A stretch of 64,000 bases of DNA from Malacoraja senta (lineage: Eukaryota). How positions within the stretch are numbered: position 1 is the first letter of the stretch; each line of letters starts with the position of its first letter. This document shows positions 12,436 through 26,762 of this stretch, one piece after another. The translations under genes and the position numbers were made by a program. The notes below the pieces were generated by a model that was not told where the DNA came from, searched no databases, and was given only the letters and a program-made list of their open reading frames with translations. The stretch is from NCBI GenBank assembly GCA_038087875.1, contig CM075989.1, positions 23,066,001-23,130,000 on the forward strand, read 5' to 3'.

Positions 12436-14330
12436 CTACAGTGAGAGTGAAAACACATGCTCAGAGAAAATTAATTTAAATAAGCTTATATCAAAACAAA
12501 CAGTTTGAAATAACAATTTTTTTATTTCAATTAGAGGTACCTATTTATAGCACAATATTCGGTGTGTGGGAAAAATTAAAGAAAGTTATGCTGATAAGAC
12601 TGGTCCATTGTGCAGTTCCAGAGTGTATTCAGCTTCAATATCACAATAAAGTTAGTCTTATATCAATGAAATCATTAGATGCAAATTCATCCAGAGAAAT
12701 ACAATAATATTCTCAAGTCATGTAAAACAACTTCAGCACTGGAAAAATACTAAAGAGGTAATCGTTTTCACAGTTTAAATTCACTGCAACACAGCAGTCC
12801 TCATTCTACAAACCTAATTACTAATTGAATTCGGGAATTCAATTAGTAATTATGAAATTACATTAAATGAATGTTATTATATAAAATATTTGAATCGGTT
12901 ACCAGAAGGTATGCATTTAAGGTAAATATGGGCAAATAACAATGATTTTGTTTTATCCACAGAATTATTAGGTCATTATGCATTCATCCATGGCACATTT
13001 AGCAGACCACAACCAATTATTTGGATTAAAGAAAATACGATCCAATCAATAGGTTTTCCTTCAGTGGCAAATTAAAATAATGTTAAATGGGTTCCAAATT
13101 TTAATCCAAATGAGTTCAAACAAAATATATTGTTCATTTCCTAATTATCATCATAACAGGATAAGAATCCTATTTGAATGAGGATTGCAACAAGCAAATC
13201 TTAAAATGGAATGTGAACTTGGAGCCAGTTGAACATTAAGCACAAGATCTACAGCATTACTGTATCTTGTGGTAGGTGATGGCACCAAAACTGGCAACCA
13301 ACAGCTAAAAGCGTCATATTCAGTTTGGAGAAGGATCTTGACCCGAAACATCACCCATTTCTTCTCTACAGAGATGCTGCCTGTCCCGCTGAGTTACTCC
13401 AGCATTTTGTGTCTACCTTCGATTTAAACCAGCATCTGCAGTCATTCGGAGTCAAATTGAGAACAGATGGATTGTTAACTATTTCCAGATAAACTCCAAA
13501 TCCGTAAAAAGGACTATCAAATCTTACATCTATGGTGTTGCTGTACAAAAATAATTTGCATTGAGTTATTGAATGATCCTATTGGCAATTAGTTTCTTCT
13601 TCCACATTACATCCCCTTTGAGATCAATTTGTGTTAATTAATTATGCGACCTACCAATTAGCCTTGTTTTTTTTCTATTAAGGTTTCTTAATAGCCTGTC
13701 AGCACATCTGTATCTTCTAAAAATAGACTTCCACTAAATGATTTGATCAATCCAACCAGCACACCTGCAACATTATTTTTCGAAAAATAGAAACCATTTT
13801 GTAACATGATTATATTTAAAGAACTCTTAATGTGAATGACGTGCAAATTGCTCCAGCATTGAGAATCAGTAAGTTATTGTACCTGTGTGTAGCTAGCTAC
13901 ACCAGGTTAACAAATCGAGCTGTACCCAAGGCAAAATTTCCCAATAGCCCTAAAATAAATTATTTAATTTCTTAAATATTAAAAAAACTGAAACAGTTCG
14001 AGCAGTTAATCCTACACAATAATATAGACTGAATGGAATGCATGAAGAAATTGAGAAAACATTTGTTTGTAACGATCGTCTCAAAAACACTTGGTAATGG
14101 TACACAATGACAAACAAAAGATTGTGTTCAACAAATTAATTCCAACACCAACGTACATTACACCGAATTGTGCAATGTATTCATACCACCCACATTCTGC
14201 CACTTGGAATTATATGCCAAACTACACAGAATCAGTTTCCCATGGGATGTGAATTGTAGGCCTCCAAATTAACACATTAAGCCCAAATGTACTGTGATGA
14301 ACCTTGGGTTAATTCTTTGTTCTTTCTCAC

Positions 14331-14596
14331 CTGGTCCAATATACATGACAGTTCAGCCTTGTCCTTTGGGTTAGCTTTCTCTCTCTCCAACCATACAATA
14401 AGCTCAGGCTTCTGATACGGCTTCAAAGCCAAAAGGTGGGTGATACGATCTCTCAGTGGCTTTTGGGTAATGGAAGGGACATGATTTTTCTTCACCCCAA
14501 GGCATAGATTGCTAGTAGGAGAGTGTTTTCGAACCGGAACACCATCAGTCGCCGGACTTGTTGTTTGCTTTCGAACACTGATTGGTTTGCGTGTAC
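14331..14596 (-). CDS. ELL2-like: ELL-family coding exon 5 (...QKPLRDRITHLLALKPYQKPELIVWLEREKANPKDKAELSCILDQ), 266 nt
   Basis: RDR..HLLALK.Y.KPEL motif within ORF 14277..14651; ttttttttgcag acceptor and gtgaga donor; phase 1/0. Confidence 0.95.
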
Positions 14597-15627
14597 CTGC
14601 AAAAAAAAGATGGATTTTAAATGATGATACACAAGTTGGGTAATAAGACATAGTGCCTACTTTAAATTGCAGAAAGTAATAATACTTTCATGATTCACTG
14701 GACTATTAAGTGGACATGCACTGTAAAGCTACAGTAAAAGATAAAATTCAAGCATGCCAGACAAAGTATGGCTTATTTTAGAAATTAGTTAAACAAACAT
14801 TTAATGACTTCAAAATAATGCTTTCAGATTTGGTGCAGAAACCTACAAATGTTCATACATTATAATGCGAATTAAAGTTACTTTTGTACATGGAAATACA
14901 TAATACACAATATCATATTTTATATGAGCATCAACATTTTCAATTAAAAAAATACCATGGCAGTTTTATGAACAAGCTCAACTTGCTCAAACTTTCGAGG
15001 GGTGAAGTTAGGGAACTGAGTAGCGTACGATGGGGAGAGAAAGATCAAAGGGCAGGTCAACATGTGTTTCAGGCAGATTCTTGATGTGGTAGGAGAAACT
15101 TGGAGTGTAGCCCAAAGCGTTTGTTGAGTGATGACTGGAATATGACTGGCTGTATGGTGGAGGAAGTGGGGCGAGTTTAGGGGATTGGCTGCATTTGAAT
15201 GGGGACGGGATGCGGGATGTGGAATGGGGGAGTCAGGCAATTGGTCCCTTATAGAATGACGATGCTTAACAGCACATGTCCCTAAATAGTCCTGTGGGAT
15301 TAAAGCCAAAATGTCCAATGGATGTTCAGCCACAGGTGTCCCAGACAAATACTCCTGAAATCCTCCAGAAGACATGTTGCATTGGCATTAATGTTACCCC
15401 CGTGTCTCTGATGCTGCAATGACTCTTGGGTTCCAAAGGTGTCACTCACACACTCTCACACACACTCAGCACAATTATCTTTGAATCAATTTACCATGCC
15501 ATAGATTTGGTAAATACATAAAAGTTAAATTCCAGCAGAAATTCTCGAATGTATTGCCTGATAGAACTGTACAATTGCAGTACTGTACCTGTACTGAGAC
15601 CACTACTCTGTTTTACGGTGTTTTTAC

Positions 15628-15791
15628 CTTGATATGACGACCCTGGTTTAATTTCTATAGTTGCTCGACTCCACGACTCCTTCTCAACCTGTGACATGCG
15701 GTCTCGGGTCATCTGGTAGGAGTCATCAGTGGCACAAACTGTAATTTTATCTTGAATGCTTCCAAGGCACTCAAGTTGGTTTCTTTCAAAA
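15628..15791 (-). CDS. ELL2-like: ELL-family coding exon 4 ([54 protein letters not shown]), 164 nt
   Basis: Highly conserved [17 protein letters not shown] motif; ccag acceptor and gtaaaa donor; phase 2/1. Confidence 0.96.
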
Positions 15792-16480
15792 CTGGTTTAA
15801 ACAACAAAAGCAAGACTCAGCAATGTAACATTCAACTAAAAGGTTTAGCGCTATTAAAATATATTATTTGATTAAACTTCTCATAGAGCAAGAAAATCTG
15901 TACTTTCAGATGTGTAAAATATGGTTAGATATCACAAAGGAAATGAAGCCACCAGAATATAGAAAGTTTTAAAAGTGATATAGTTATAGCTCAGACCAAT
16001 CTAATTTTCAACATCCTATATTCTGGTGTGTCCTTTTGCAATGTTTAATGTTCACATTGTAATGCCCATATAAAGATAACATATTGACTTCATTGTACAG
16101 ATGTTGTCATGTAAGCATGTTCTAATCCCTTGAGCAGGGAGTGGATCTATCTTTATCACTTAGAATATCATCATGTTGGCTTTGGGAACGGATCTGCCAG
16201 CTCCGGGGTTTCAGAGCCCTGCCTGCAGGCAGCAAATTCAACCTGACGATCGCGATGAGGTCGCGATCAGCCGCCTTTTTACCCCGCCGAGGCACCGAAG
16301 GGGGTCTTCCAGGGGGAGGGATCTCAAATGTGCTCTCGTAATTTTATCCGGATTAAAGGAGGGGCCGGACCACCAGTTGCCAGAAAATGGGTTGTGGACC
16401 AGTATTTTAAATATTACATATTGCCTGAGTAAATGTGTACTCAACACCACTTGACTGATCCATTGAGTTTAAAATGCATT

Positions 16481-17086
16481 TGTAATGTGATGACATCCTG
16501 GACTTCAGATGCATTTAAATACTTTACTTAAAATGAAAATGATATTTTATGCCTTAACCACAATTCCCATGCGTCTTTTAAGGAGTTGCAAACACGGACA
16601 CTGGACAAATAGATGAGCCAAATAGCAGATCTTTGTAATGGTGAAACAATGTTCTACTGTGAAATTTGTGATAGCACCTGGGACAGTCTGATTTAAATGT
16701 GAGAATTAATTCCCTGCATTAATTCCAATCCCTTTTTCTTTCTGATTTTTAAAATCACCCTGTAAGCAATTATTGCCGTAAGAAACTAACTTTTAAGTGT
16801 AATTATATTATTTTGTCCCATACACCACAAAGGAACAACATATTCTTAAATACTCCTAACTCATACATTCACTGACTCAAGACTGTCTCAAGAAAAGCTG
16901 TGAAGTTGGGAGATACCAACTATAAGGTGGACACAGATCTCCCTTAACTAACCTCGTCTATTTGTACCAGGATTAGTGATTTCGAAGTCCTTAAAAGACA
17001 CTTGGGAATTGTGGTTAAGTCATATAATATTATTTTCATTTTAAGTATTTAAATGCATCTGAGGGCCAAGATGTCATCACATTCCA
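16481..17086. repeat. Long imperfect inverted repeat (arms about 16481-16593 and 16980-17086); probable old MITE or foldback element
   Basis: AATGTGATGACATC...CAGATGCATTTAAATACT...TTAACCACAATTCCCA recurs in reverse complement. Confidence 0.75.
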
Positions 17087-20000
17087 CCCAATCTTAAAAT
17101 AATATCTGGTAAAAGTAAAATACATAATTACATTTCTACAATCAATGCGTGAGAAACAACAACAGGACCGCGAGTCTAGCTGTTGTTTCATAAAGCTCCA
17201 CATATTTATTCTTAATTCACAAAAGGGAAGCTGGGCTTACTGATTTACAGTTCCATTGGACTTCTGTTAGAAATCTTATAGACATCTTTGATCAATTTTA
17301 AACCTTAATTACTCCAGTACTTCATTGGCCAGCTTCCCAGCTCGATGATCTCAGCACATCAAAAGTTCAGCTGCTTGTGCCTTTGCACAAGTTCAGTCAA
17401 CCAGCAACCAGTTTCCTTGCTGACCCGAGTTGAATCACGTACACTGAACTACTCTCTTTCTTTCCTCTAGTCTGATAGACCATCACATCCCTCCTGCTGC
17501 CACTGAACACTCCAACTGACGAATCCTGTGCATTCTTCCTCTTTAAATCCATGAGCACCAGCTATTCTTTAGGGTGCCACTATAATTTTCTGCTTGAACC
17601 CCATGTTCATTCCAACTTTAAGACATTTTTAATATATTTATTTCATCAAGTTTTTGGTCACACCCCATGGTCAGTCCTTCTTTGGTCCATTAACTACTTT
17701 AGTGCGATCATGCCTCCTTGTTACACGTCTTGGTCCTGAATTTACAAAAAGTTCCCCCAGTTGATATAAATTCCCCCAAGTCTGAATAAAATAATATTAT
17801 TCACTTCATGGGATCTCCTACCACTTTAATTTTGCATCTGACATACACCTCCGAAATGAAAACTAGCCTGGGTTAATTTTCTGAAGGAAACGGAATAGAA
17901 GTCAATGCCTCTGGTGACATTTTTGGACCAGGCACAAAATGCACAAACTGACCTAATCCTTCACCACGCAAACACCTCCCCCACATGCTAAAATAACTAT
18001 TTGTTTTAGCTGACGAACCAACAAAATCCTGAAACTTGTATTTTCAGGTGTCCAGTTACTCAATAAATCTGCCAACAGTTGTTAACTCTAAACCACCGTT
18101 TTCCAAGTTGCAGCAGTTATTACTCTTTATATCTTTCCATATGTCAATAGTGACATCTTGTTCAAAGCCGTAGGCCTAGAACATTGGTAAATAGGTTTAA
18201 AGAGTCCCTTGCTTCTGTGAGATATGATCTAGTGCAGACAGGCAGTAGCAGCCTGCTGCCCATTTTACAACTTTGATTTAAAACTGCTATCTGTCACCCC
18301 CTGAGACAAAATGGATTAGGGCACCCTGAAATGATATAGGGTAACTATTAGGCTCGATATTGTGGAAGTTGACTCATTTTTCTGATTTATGGGGGCCCAG
18401 ATGAAAGAATTTATTGATCTAATAGGAAAAATTGATCTGAAAACAATGTGTCCAGAAACAAAATGATTCAATTGCTAAACTAATTGAGGCAAATTAATTT
18501 TGTAAACTAAACCGTAACCAATGCCATCAAAGATATTTTTTTACATAATAAAAATCTAAAATTGTATGTGAAGAAATCAAAAAGGGAGCAACAGAAGTCA
18601 TGTCAGGACATGATTCTTGAGTTCGCAGGTAGATACTTTAATAAGCTGATAGAACAAGTAGTTATATTATGCAGCAGTCTGACTAGAAAAAGCACTTGAT
18701 ACCAAGAGTGAATACACTTGGTGGTGAATCAGGTAAAATTAATAAACCTCCCCTTTAAAAGCAATCTACACGTATTATTCAAATCATTAGACGGATGTTG
18801 ATCACCTCATTGACAATATTATATTTTCATTGAAACATGAAACATATTGGAAATCAGCCTGATTTGATCAAAATCATCTAAAAAGCCAATAAAAATGTAT
18901 AAGATTATAACAAATGCCAGATAATTGTCCAAAAAGAACCAAAAAAAAACTCAAAGGTAAGTGATGACTAGTTTTTTTCTCAAATTGTAATTCCAGCTAA
19001 TATCCTGATTTTCATTTCTAGATTCGATCTGTTTTATTTCAGCCTTGTTCCTATTCACATTTGACTATATATTCAAACCTGGTATCCAAGGTTCTGTATC
19101 AGATATGTGCCTCAAGGCATGTTTACCATGCAATGCAAGAGTGTTGACAGGAAAATTCATACTCTTGGTTTTGACATGCAGCCGTCATTAAGGATTCTCA
19201 GTGTATGCCGTTTTTAAAGTGTTGCTATCATTACTGAAGAGTGCTTTGAAGATTTGCACCCTGAGCAGATTCCAGCCTGGTAGAGGACACCTGACTCAGA
19301 TAGGTTTACTTTAATTTACTTATTCACTTGGCATTCTTTTGGTTTCTCAGCACTACCCATCCAACTCCACCTCATGGTGGTCATCCATCCGCATTTACCA
19401 ATCTCAATATTTATTTACACCCACTAGCTCTAAACTCCCAGGCCCTATCCAACAACCTAGCCTTTGGAATGTCCTCTAGAATAATAATTTCACGCTGCTG
19501 GATCTGGGCCTTCCTCGATCACAAAGGAACAGTCAGCAAAGGAACTTGTGCTAGCGCTATACACGAGCACCTGACACCTTCAATTTCACAAACTAAGATT
19601 TTTTTTCTTACGCAACGGACCCATGATCATGTTAAATAAACCAATGTGATCTTTTGGTGACTATAAATGCTTTCGGCCATCACTTTTCAGATGTAACATT
19701 CAACTGGCTATCTGTTTTATCAATGAGGTAAAAGATTATATTAACTCCAACCAATAATTAACTATGCATCTACCATTGACATCCTCAATATTTAATTGTA
19801 GCACTTGAAAAATGATTCTACTAACTAACCTGCCAACAGTAAATGAAGTTTGTACGTGACTGAATGTGGAAAACCACCACAAAATAATATTGATTTCCAG
19901 CCTCTGCATTTAATCAACAAGCAATTAAAAAGAGACTTTGAGATCGCCTGGAGAACGTTTATGAGAATAAACAGGAAGAAGAAAGAACATTGGAGTGATA

Positions 20001-20090
20001 CATTTAAGCTCCTTACACTAAGGGAACTTGACTTGAAACAACTGCAACATATAAAAGAATTTGCCTTAACTGCTATATATTTTATTGTAC

Positions 20091-20218
20091 CTAGAAACAT
20101 ACTGATGGATGCAGTCAAAACTTGCTTGAGGCTTGTCTTTGCTGTCAGTTGACAGGTAGAATGAAAAACACCGCACACCATCATGGCACTCTGATTTAGG
20201 AGCAGGTATTTTGATGTA
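20091..20218 (-). CDS. ELL2-like: ELL-family coding exon 3 (YIKIPAPKSECHDGVRCFSFYLSTDSKDKPQASFDCIHQYVS), 128 nt
   Basis: Contains the ELL motif F.FYLS...KD.PQ.SFDCI.Q; tagcag acceptor and gtacaa donor; phase 0/2. Not present in this frame in the ORF track. Confidence 0.93.
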
Positions 20219-23200
20219 CTGCTACAAGAAAAAAGATAACCATGCTTCAATGACTTAATTTTTATCACAATACACAAATGTGGTGCAGTGCAATTACTGT
20301 AAATGATTAATGTTATAACACAAGAGAAATCACTGCATTTATGATTTGCCTCAACATTTAAAAGTGCCACATTTCCAGCGTAATAAATGGTTTATGTGAG
20401 TATAATTAAATGACACAGAATTCTTAAATACAGAGCAGTACAGTGCAGCACAGAAACAGTCCCTTCAGCCCACAATGTCTGTGTTGAATATGATGCCAAG
20501 TTAACTAGCATTATTAACAATATTAAACACAAACATAATATATATTCCATATACCCTCCACCTGCTATGTGAAAATGTTCCTTTTTAAACCTTTCCTTGT
20601 TCACTTTAAATCTATACCCTCTAGTTTTAGACTCGTCTACGGAAAAAAGACCTGTAACATCCACTTGATCTACCAGCCATTTGCTGAAGCACTAGCAACG
20701 CAGCAAACATTGGCATCACCAAGAAAATTCAGAGTTCAGGGAAAGTAAATTTCCAGATGATGTCAGAATGAACAAAAATAAACAATATCAGAGCGCACAG
20801 TGACCTAAACATTTAATACAGTAACCTTAGGCATACCAGTGTGTATACAGATCACATAAAAATGTGTAGAATGAAAACTGACATAAGCACAGCGTACTGC
20901 GCTTAGCTCAATATTCACATCTCTAAAATACTTTAAAGTGCAATTTATTTAATACCGTAAATCAATAAAAAGTAAATTTGTAAATTGGATAGGCTTTTTA
21001 TCTGTTTTTTTTGGGGGGGATAGCACGTTAATAAATAAGGGCAAAACAATTAAACAGGATTAAAAAACTTAAGATATAAAGCCGAAGGTCACACAAACAG
21101 ATATTATATGCAACATCTGCCGTAATATGAACAGCAAGTAGCTCAGCTTTAGGGAGGTGTTCATGTTTATGGATAGGCTTCCACTTGCAAAATTCTGTGG
21201 CAAGTTATCCTAGGTTATGACACTAGCACCCAACTACAACAGTTTTTACACTTCTTTTGATGAACCGAAATGTGTATATTTCCGTCTCACAACTTGTTAC
21301 TATAGTAATTGTAAATATTCAAACAAACTTTAGTATTTTCTTTTGAAAGCAATTGACTTGTATCTCATCAATTACCGATGGCTGTAATAGCTCTCAGTAA
21401 ATCTGTCACTATACTGGACAGCAGAAATTCTGGAAAGACCTTCCACCCACCCAAATCAACTATGTGCAGTAACCCAGTTCCACTGAGAGATTACCCATCT
21501 AAAGGTTGAGGCATTTCTCCTCTACATTTTGCATGATTCAATGGGTATTTCCAGACATTTGTTCTTTTTTCAAGTATGGACACATCTGTAAACAATTTAA
21601 ACAATCCTTTTTTTTAAGGGAGCATCAGGATTGAATTTCTTTTCACAACAATAAATGTACTCCAAGCAACAAATGTCCAAAGTATTACAGGCACTGGGAA
21701 TATTTTTCCCTTGGGCAAGTTGCAAGAAGTCCAGGTTATACATTGAATGTTTTAAATACCCAAATCTCGCAATTTAGTCATAGATTCTTACAGCATAAAA
21801 AGAGGCCCTTCAGTCTAACATGTCACGTTGGCCAAGATGTCGTTCAAAGCAAGCTCCATTGGCCTGCATTTGGCCCATATCCCTTTAAGCCTTTTCTATC
21901 CATGAACATGTCCAAATGTCTTTTAAACTTTGTTGGTGTATCCATTCTGCAGCTTCCTCCAGTCTAACAGCTCATTTCATATACCCTCCACCTGCTATGT
22001 GAAAATGTTTTCCCTCAGATCATTTTAAAATCTTTCTTTGTTCACTTTAAATCTATGCTCTCTAGCTTTATAGTCACCTACCCTGGAAAAAGACCTGTAA
22101 CATCCACCTGATCGCCTTTGTGATTCTATTTGCCTCTACAAGATCACTCCTTACTACTTTCACTTCAAACATTTGGCAAACTGCTGACAAAGGGAGCAAA
22201 TTCTTCAGTCTATCATTGTCTTAGAAGGTATAGGCACATCGATGACCAGACAATACTCAGACAGCAACAAATATTCCCTTAGATTTACAAATGAACTGTT
22301 CTAAAAAGGTTTTAAACGTAAAATTCTAATGCATTCAGTTATCATATTGTTATGCAGCTATGTTTTGCATGTTAGAAATGTCCAAGCAATAACTTCCTAA
22401 AATTATTTTGGAATAGAACACTCTGCTTAGAGCCTTTATTTTATGCTCTGCATGAGAATATGTATAAGAATACAAAGCAAAACTTAAAAAAATTATTCAT
22501 ATCCAGTTAGATTTTCAAATAATGTTTCCACAGCAAGAACCATTTTATGAGACTGATCTCATACCAATGAAATCTGACAATGTAGCTTGGAATACATTTT
22601 CTCCACTTGTGTAGCACAAAGCTTATGATCTACAGAACAAAACTTGTTTTGCTTTTGGGGTACAGATTTGACGTCCAAGCAAGATAGTATGTTGAACTAC
22701 AATTTTTTACGCTGAGCAGATATATTTAAATCAAAGCATGTTAGACAGATCAGAAAATAAATCATGAGGGCAGGAGGCAATGGTATGATGAAAGGGTTGT
22801 GGCCAATATAGCAACCACCAATTGTAACTACACTTGGGAAAGAACAAAGTCTGGAATAGTACCAGTACTTGTGGTACAAGAGTAGATACAGCCTTCACTG
22901 GATTTCTCAACAACTATCAATCTCTCAACTATTCTACTAGATATAACCCAAAAAACTCCAATCCATGTATTTTTGTGTCTCCTTCTGTGAAGACAGTGAA
23001 AAGTAACTTATTTTTCCCTGCCATTTTCATAATCCTCATTATGAAAACTTCCATTTCTGTGCATAAGAGATCCACATTTGCCCCGCTAGTCTTTTACTTT
23101 TTCCCACACGTGTAATATCTTACAATCTTTTTTTAATGTTTCCTGCTAATGTATTCTCATTTTCTTTTTCCTTTCTTCATTAATTTCCTGGCTATCCCTT

Positions 23201-26200
23201 AGATTTACAAATGAACTGTAACTCTTAAATCCACCCAATCCGAAGTCTGACCACTTTTTCTGGCAACTTAAAACACATTCTCCTTTGATTTAAATGTTTA
23301 ATTCCAACTATTACTGATGGCTGGATAATTTTTCCCCGGTGTTTTTGTGCCTTGAAGGAAAATATATTAGTTGCAATTGCATTATACGTTAATAACCAAT
23401 GCTATTTACTGTCATACCCTTTCAATTTTCCAATGTGCCACAGCCTATGTTCTCCTTATACTTTGCCACAGCCTATGTTCTCCTTAGCCTGCTCCTTACA
23501 TGGTTCTTCACTATGCTAGTCGCATATATATTCCAGAAATTCATCCTAAACATTGTTAGTACTCATTTGATTTGCCTAGTCTATATGTAAATAAAAGTCC
23601 CTTGTGATTGCAGAATTATCCATTACATGCATTATTATTTTCGGGATTTATACCATGTCCTACATCATAACTACTAATCGGAGGCTGATAAACAGCTCTT
23701 AATAATGTTCTCTGTCCCCAGCCACTTCACAGCTCCACCTAAATTGATCTTATTCCTAAACCACCTATTCTATGTCAATCCTCCTTGACGATGTTTGCTT
23801 TTCCTTTTCACTTGCCTTTCCGAAGTGATAAATATTCTAGAATATTTTGTTTCTCATTCTGGTCATTCAGCTGCCATATTTCTATAATGGCAATTAGATC
23901 ATATCCATATACGACTATATGTGCTGTAATTTGTCCACTAGAACACTGAGTTGGATAAGTCATTGAGATAGGATGTCTACTGAAGCATTTGAATGCAAAG
24001 AAAGCATTTAAGCAACAAATAGCCAGGACTTGCTGCTGATGATGAATTAGTTGTCTTCATTCAATGCCCATCTACTAAGTATGACATTGTCGTTTCTGGA
24101 TCAGGTGATGTCAACTTGTTGCCAAAAGCTGCCCCAATTAGCCTTACTGGACAAAAAAAACAACAAGTGATTGGGCTAGAACAAGCTTTACCACAAACAT
24201 GTGAGGAAAAACTAAAACCAACTAAAGTCAGCTGTCAAGTGCACTGAATGGTCCCAACATTTATAAACATTCAGACTAAAAAATAATGAATGAAATCTAT
24301 CATTAAAATATCTAAAATATAAATTAACAATTGAAAACACATATGTAAAGACCTAACACTTCTTAATACAAGATACAAGTCAACTTCCAAACAGCAAGAC
24401 TGTCAATAGTACAAGGTAAATGAGAGAAAACGTTTATTAAAATAGTTCAATCAGTTTGCCAACTAGGTATGTTTTAAAAGTTCACAATCTGTAATAATTC
24501 CTGATTTTTTTTAAATTCAGTGCACTTCAGCCAAGACCAGGATCACAATCAGATAAGACAACCTTCCACATTCAAACGTGGCAATCGTGTGTAGTTCCAC
24601 ACATAATGGAGTTTCCTCTTCTTGGAATTCTATCTAAACTTAGCGTTCTCATAGGATCTATTTCCTGTCTTCCCATACAATGGACAATTTGCAGAACAAA
24701 AACAATTACATATGAATTCTGATACTTATGGCAAGGTTTCAATATTGTCCTTTGCTTTCATATCATAAATTCTGTGGAGATATTGCATTTGATATCACAC
24801 ATACAGTAATGTCAGGCGATCTCTGTCCACCATGATTTTCATAATCTCAAGCCACTTGTTCTTCCTTTAAATAAACTCAGTATTATCCAGAGAAGAACGA
24901 ACAAGAATATTTTCTCATATCTAGAGAGCTGTTATATTCTGCTAATTCCCTGTATAGAGCCATACAGGACAGAAACAAGCCCTTCAACTTATCATGCCCA
25001 TCAAGTCTCATCAACACTAATCCCATTTACTAGCATTTGGTCTGTAGCCTATCATGCCTTGGCAATTCAAGTGTTCATTTAGACGTTTCTGAAATGTGAG
25101 CGTACCTGCCTCTACCACCTTCCCAGGCAGTACAATCCAAATTATAACACCCTCTGGGGGGAAATAATCCTCCTCAGATTCCCTTTATAAATATACATCT
25201 CACTTTAAACCTACAACCTATCGAGTTGTAAGGAAATGTTTCTAATCATCTACCCTTACTCTCATGTTTTGTATATCTCTATCAGGTCAGATCCTCTCTC
25301 AGCCTCCTCTAATTCAAAGGAAACAAACCCAACCTACTAAGGTTTCTCCCCATAACCAAAATAAGCCATCCCTGTGTTCATTTGTAAGCTTATCTGTACC
25401 ACACCATTCTAAAGAACAGAGTCTATAAAAATGCAAAGCATTAAAATATAATCCAGAGTATTTTAAACAGTGCAAGGACAATCAAAAATGTTAAATAAGA
25501 TGTGAAGTATTTTTTCAACCCCAAATGAAAATTTTAAGCAGCAATGTTGTAAGAAACTTTGCAATTGTTTTTCTGAAAAATAAATGCTTGAGGAACCTGA
25601 TTGTTGTTGTTACAAGCTTATGCTCTATTCTGTTTCTGCATGTCAGGTATAGTGCCACTCCTCCCGGCGACTGGTTTGCATGAATAGCTTTTGTTATCAG
25701 CACAATTCCCTAGCCAGATTTCTTCTTTAAATAGCAACTGAAAGCACACCCATGGGCTTTTCTTGTCAAACAGATTATACAAAACATCATTCCATCAAAG
25801 AGGCTTTTAAAACTAATCAATTAAAAGTGTAGAAACCATGCCAGAAGTTAGATGGCAACAATTAATATTTTACTGAGATATTTTATTTTGTTCAACTTTT
25901 GCTCTTTGTAAAGTGTGCTCATCCTTTACTGAGCCTCTTATTAAAATTAAGTTATTGCACAAAAGGCCCAGCTGATTAAATTGGTGAGCAGCTGAGTCTC
26001 AAGATCAAGTAAATCCCAGGTTCCTAACGTGTGCCAAGCCTGATCCCAGCTTGAACAGCAGCAGGGGCCCTATTATTTTCTTCAGGGTCCTGGATAGAGA
26101 AACAAAACAGTATATATATAGGTTTCTTAAATTAACCCATGGTTCCCTCAGTCAATGATCTGTTTGTACAGGTGCCAGGTGAGAATATGATCCATGATTT

Positions 26201-26560
26201 TTACAACGAAAAAAAAATCACACATAGGATGAGGGCATCGCAGGCAAATCCAGTGTTTACTGCCAATTCCTCCTTGTTTTTGAAAGAATCGTGGTGAAGC
26301 ACCACCTTAAATAACCACAGTCCTTGTTGTGAAGTGCTGACTAACGAGATATTCTGCCCCAGTTCTGACCAAACCACAACCATTCAATTCAGGGTGTTGT
26401 AGAAAGGGCGGTGGCATTTCTACATTTCAGCTTCACCTTGTACCTGTGAAGAAGGCACAGTTGGTATGGGAGAGGCTGACTGTCAAATGAGTTACTAGGA
26501 TCTTCCAAATGTTCTGTGTGAAATAGCACTGATTTTCCAATCTTACATACAAAAAATGGT

Positions 26561-26762
26561 GAAGATAGGTATAAAATGCTGGAGTAACTCAGCCGGACAG
26601 GCAGCATCTCTGGAGAAAAGGAGAGACTGACTCAATCTGAAGAAGGGTCTTGACCCTAAACGTCACCCATTCCTGCTCGCCAGAGATGCTACTGTCTCGC
26701 TGAGTTACTCCAACATTTTGCGTCTATCTTCAACGTAAACCAGCATCTAAAGTTCCTTCCTA
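26561..26762. mobile_element. Palindromic PLE-derived insertion in ELL intron 2
   Basis: Inverted arms GAAGATAG...TCTCTGG / CCAGAGATG...CTATCTTC; flanking ATACAAAwAATGG duplication. Confidence 0.75.

Noticed and set aside
16243..16270. CTGACGA plus hairpin as another hammerhead
   Set aside because: No GAAA or stem III follows the hairpin.
19825..20370. 181-aa minus-strand ORF
   Set aside because: Wrong frame over the true ELL exon 3; remainder is intronic.
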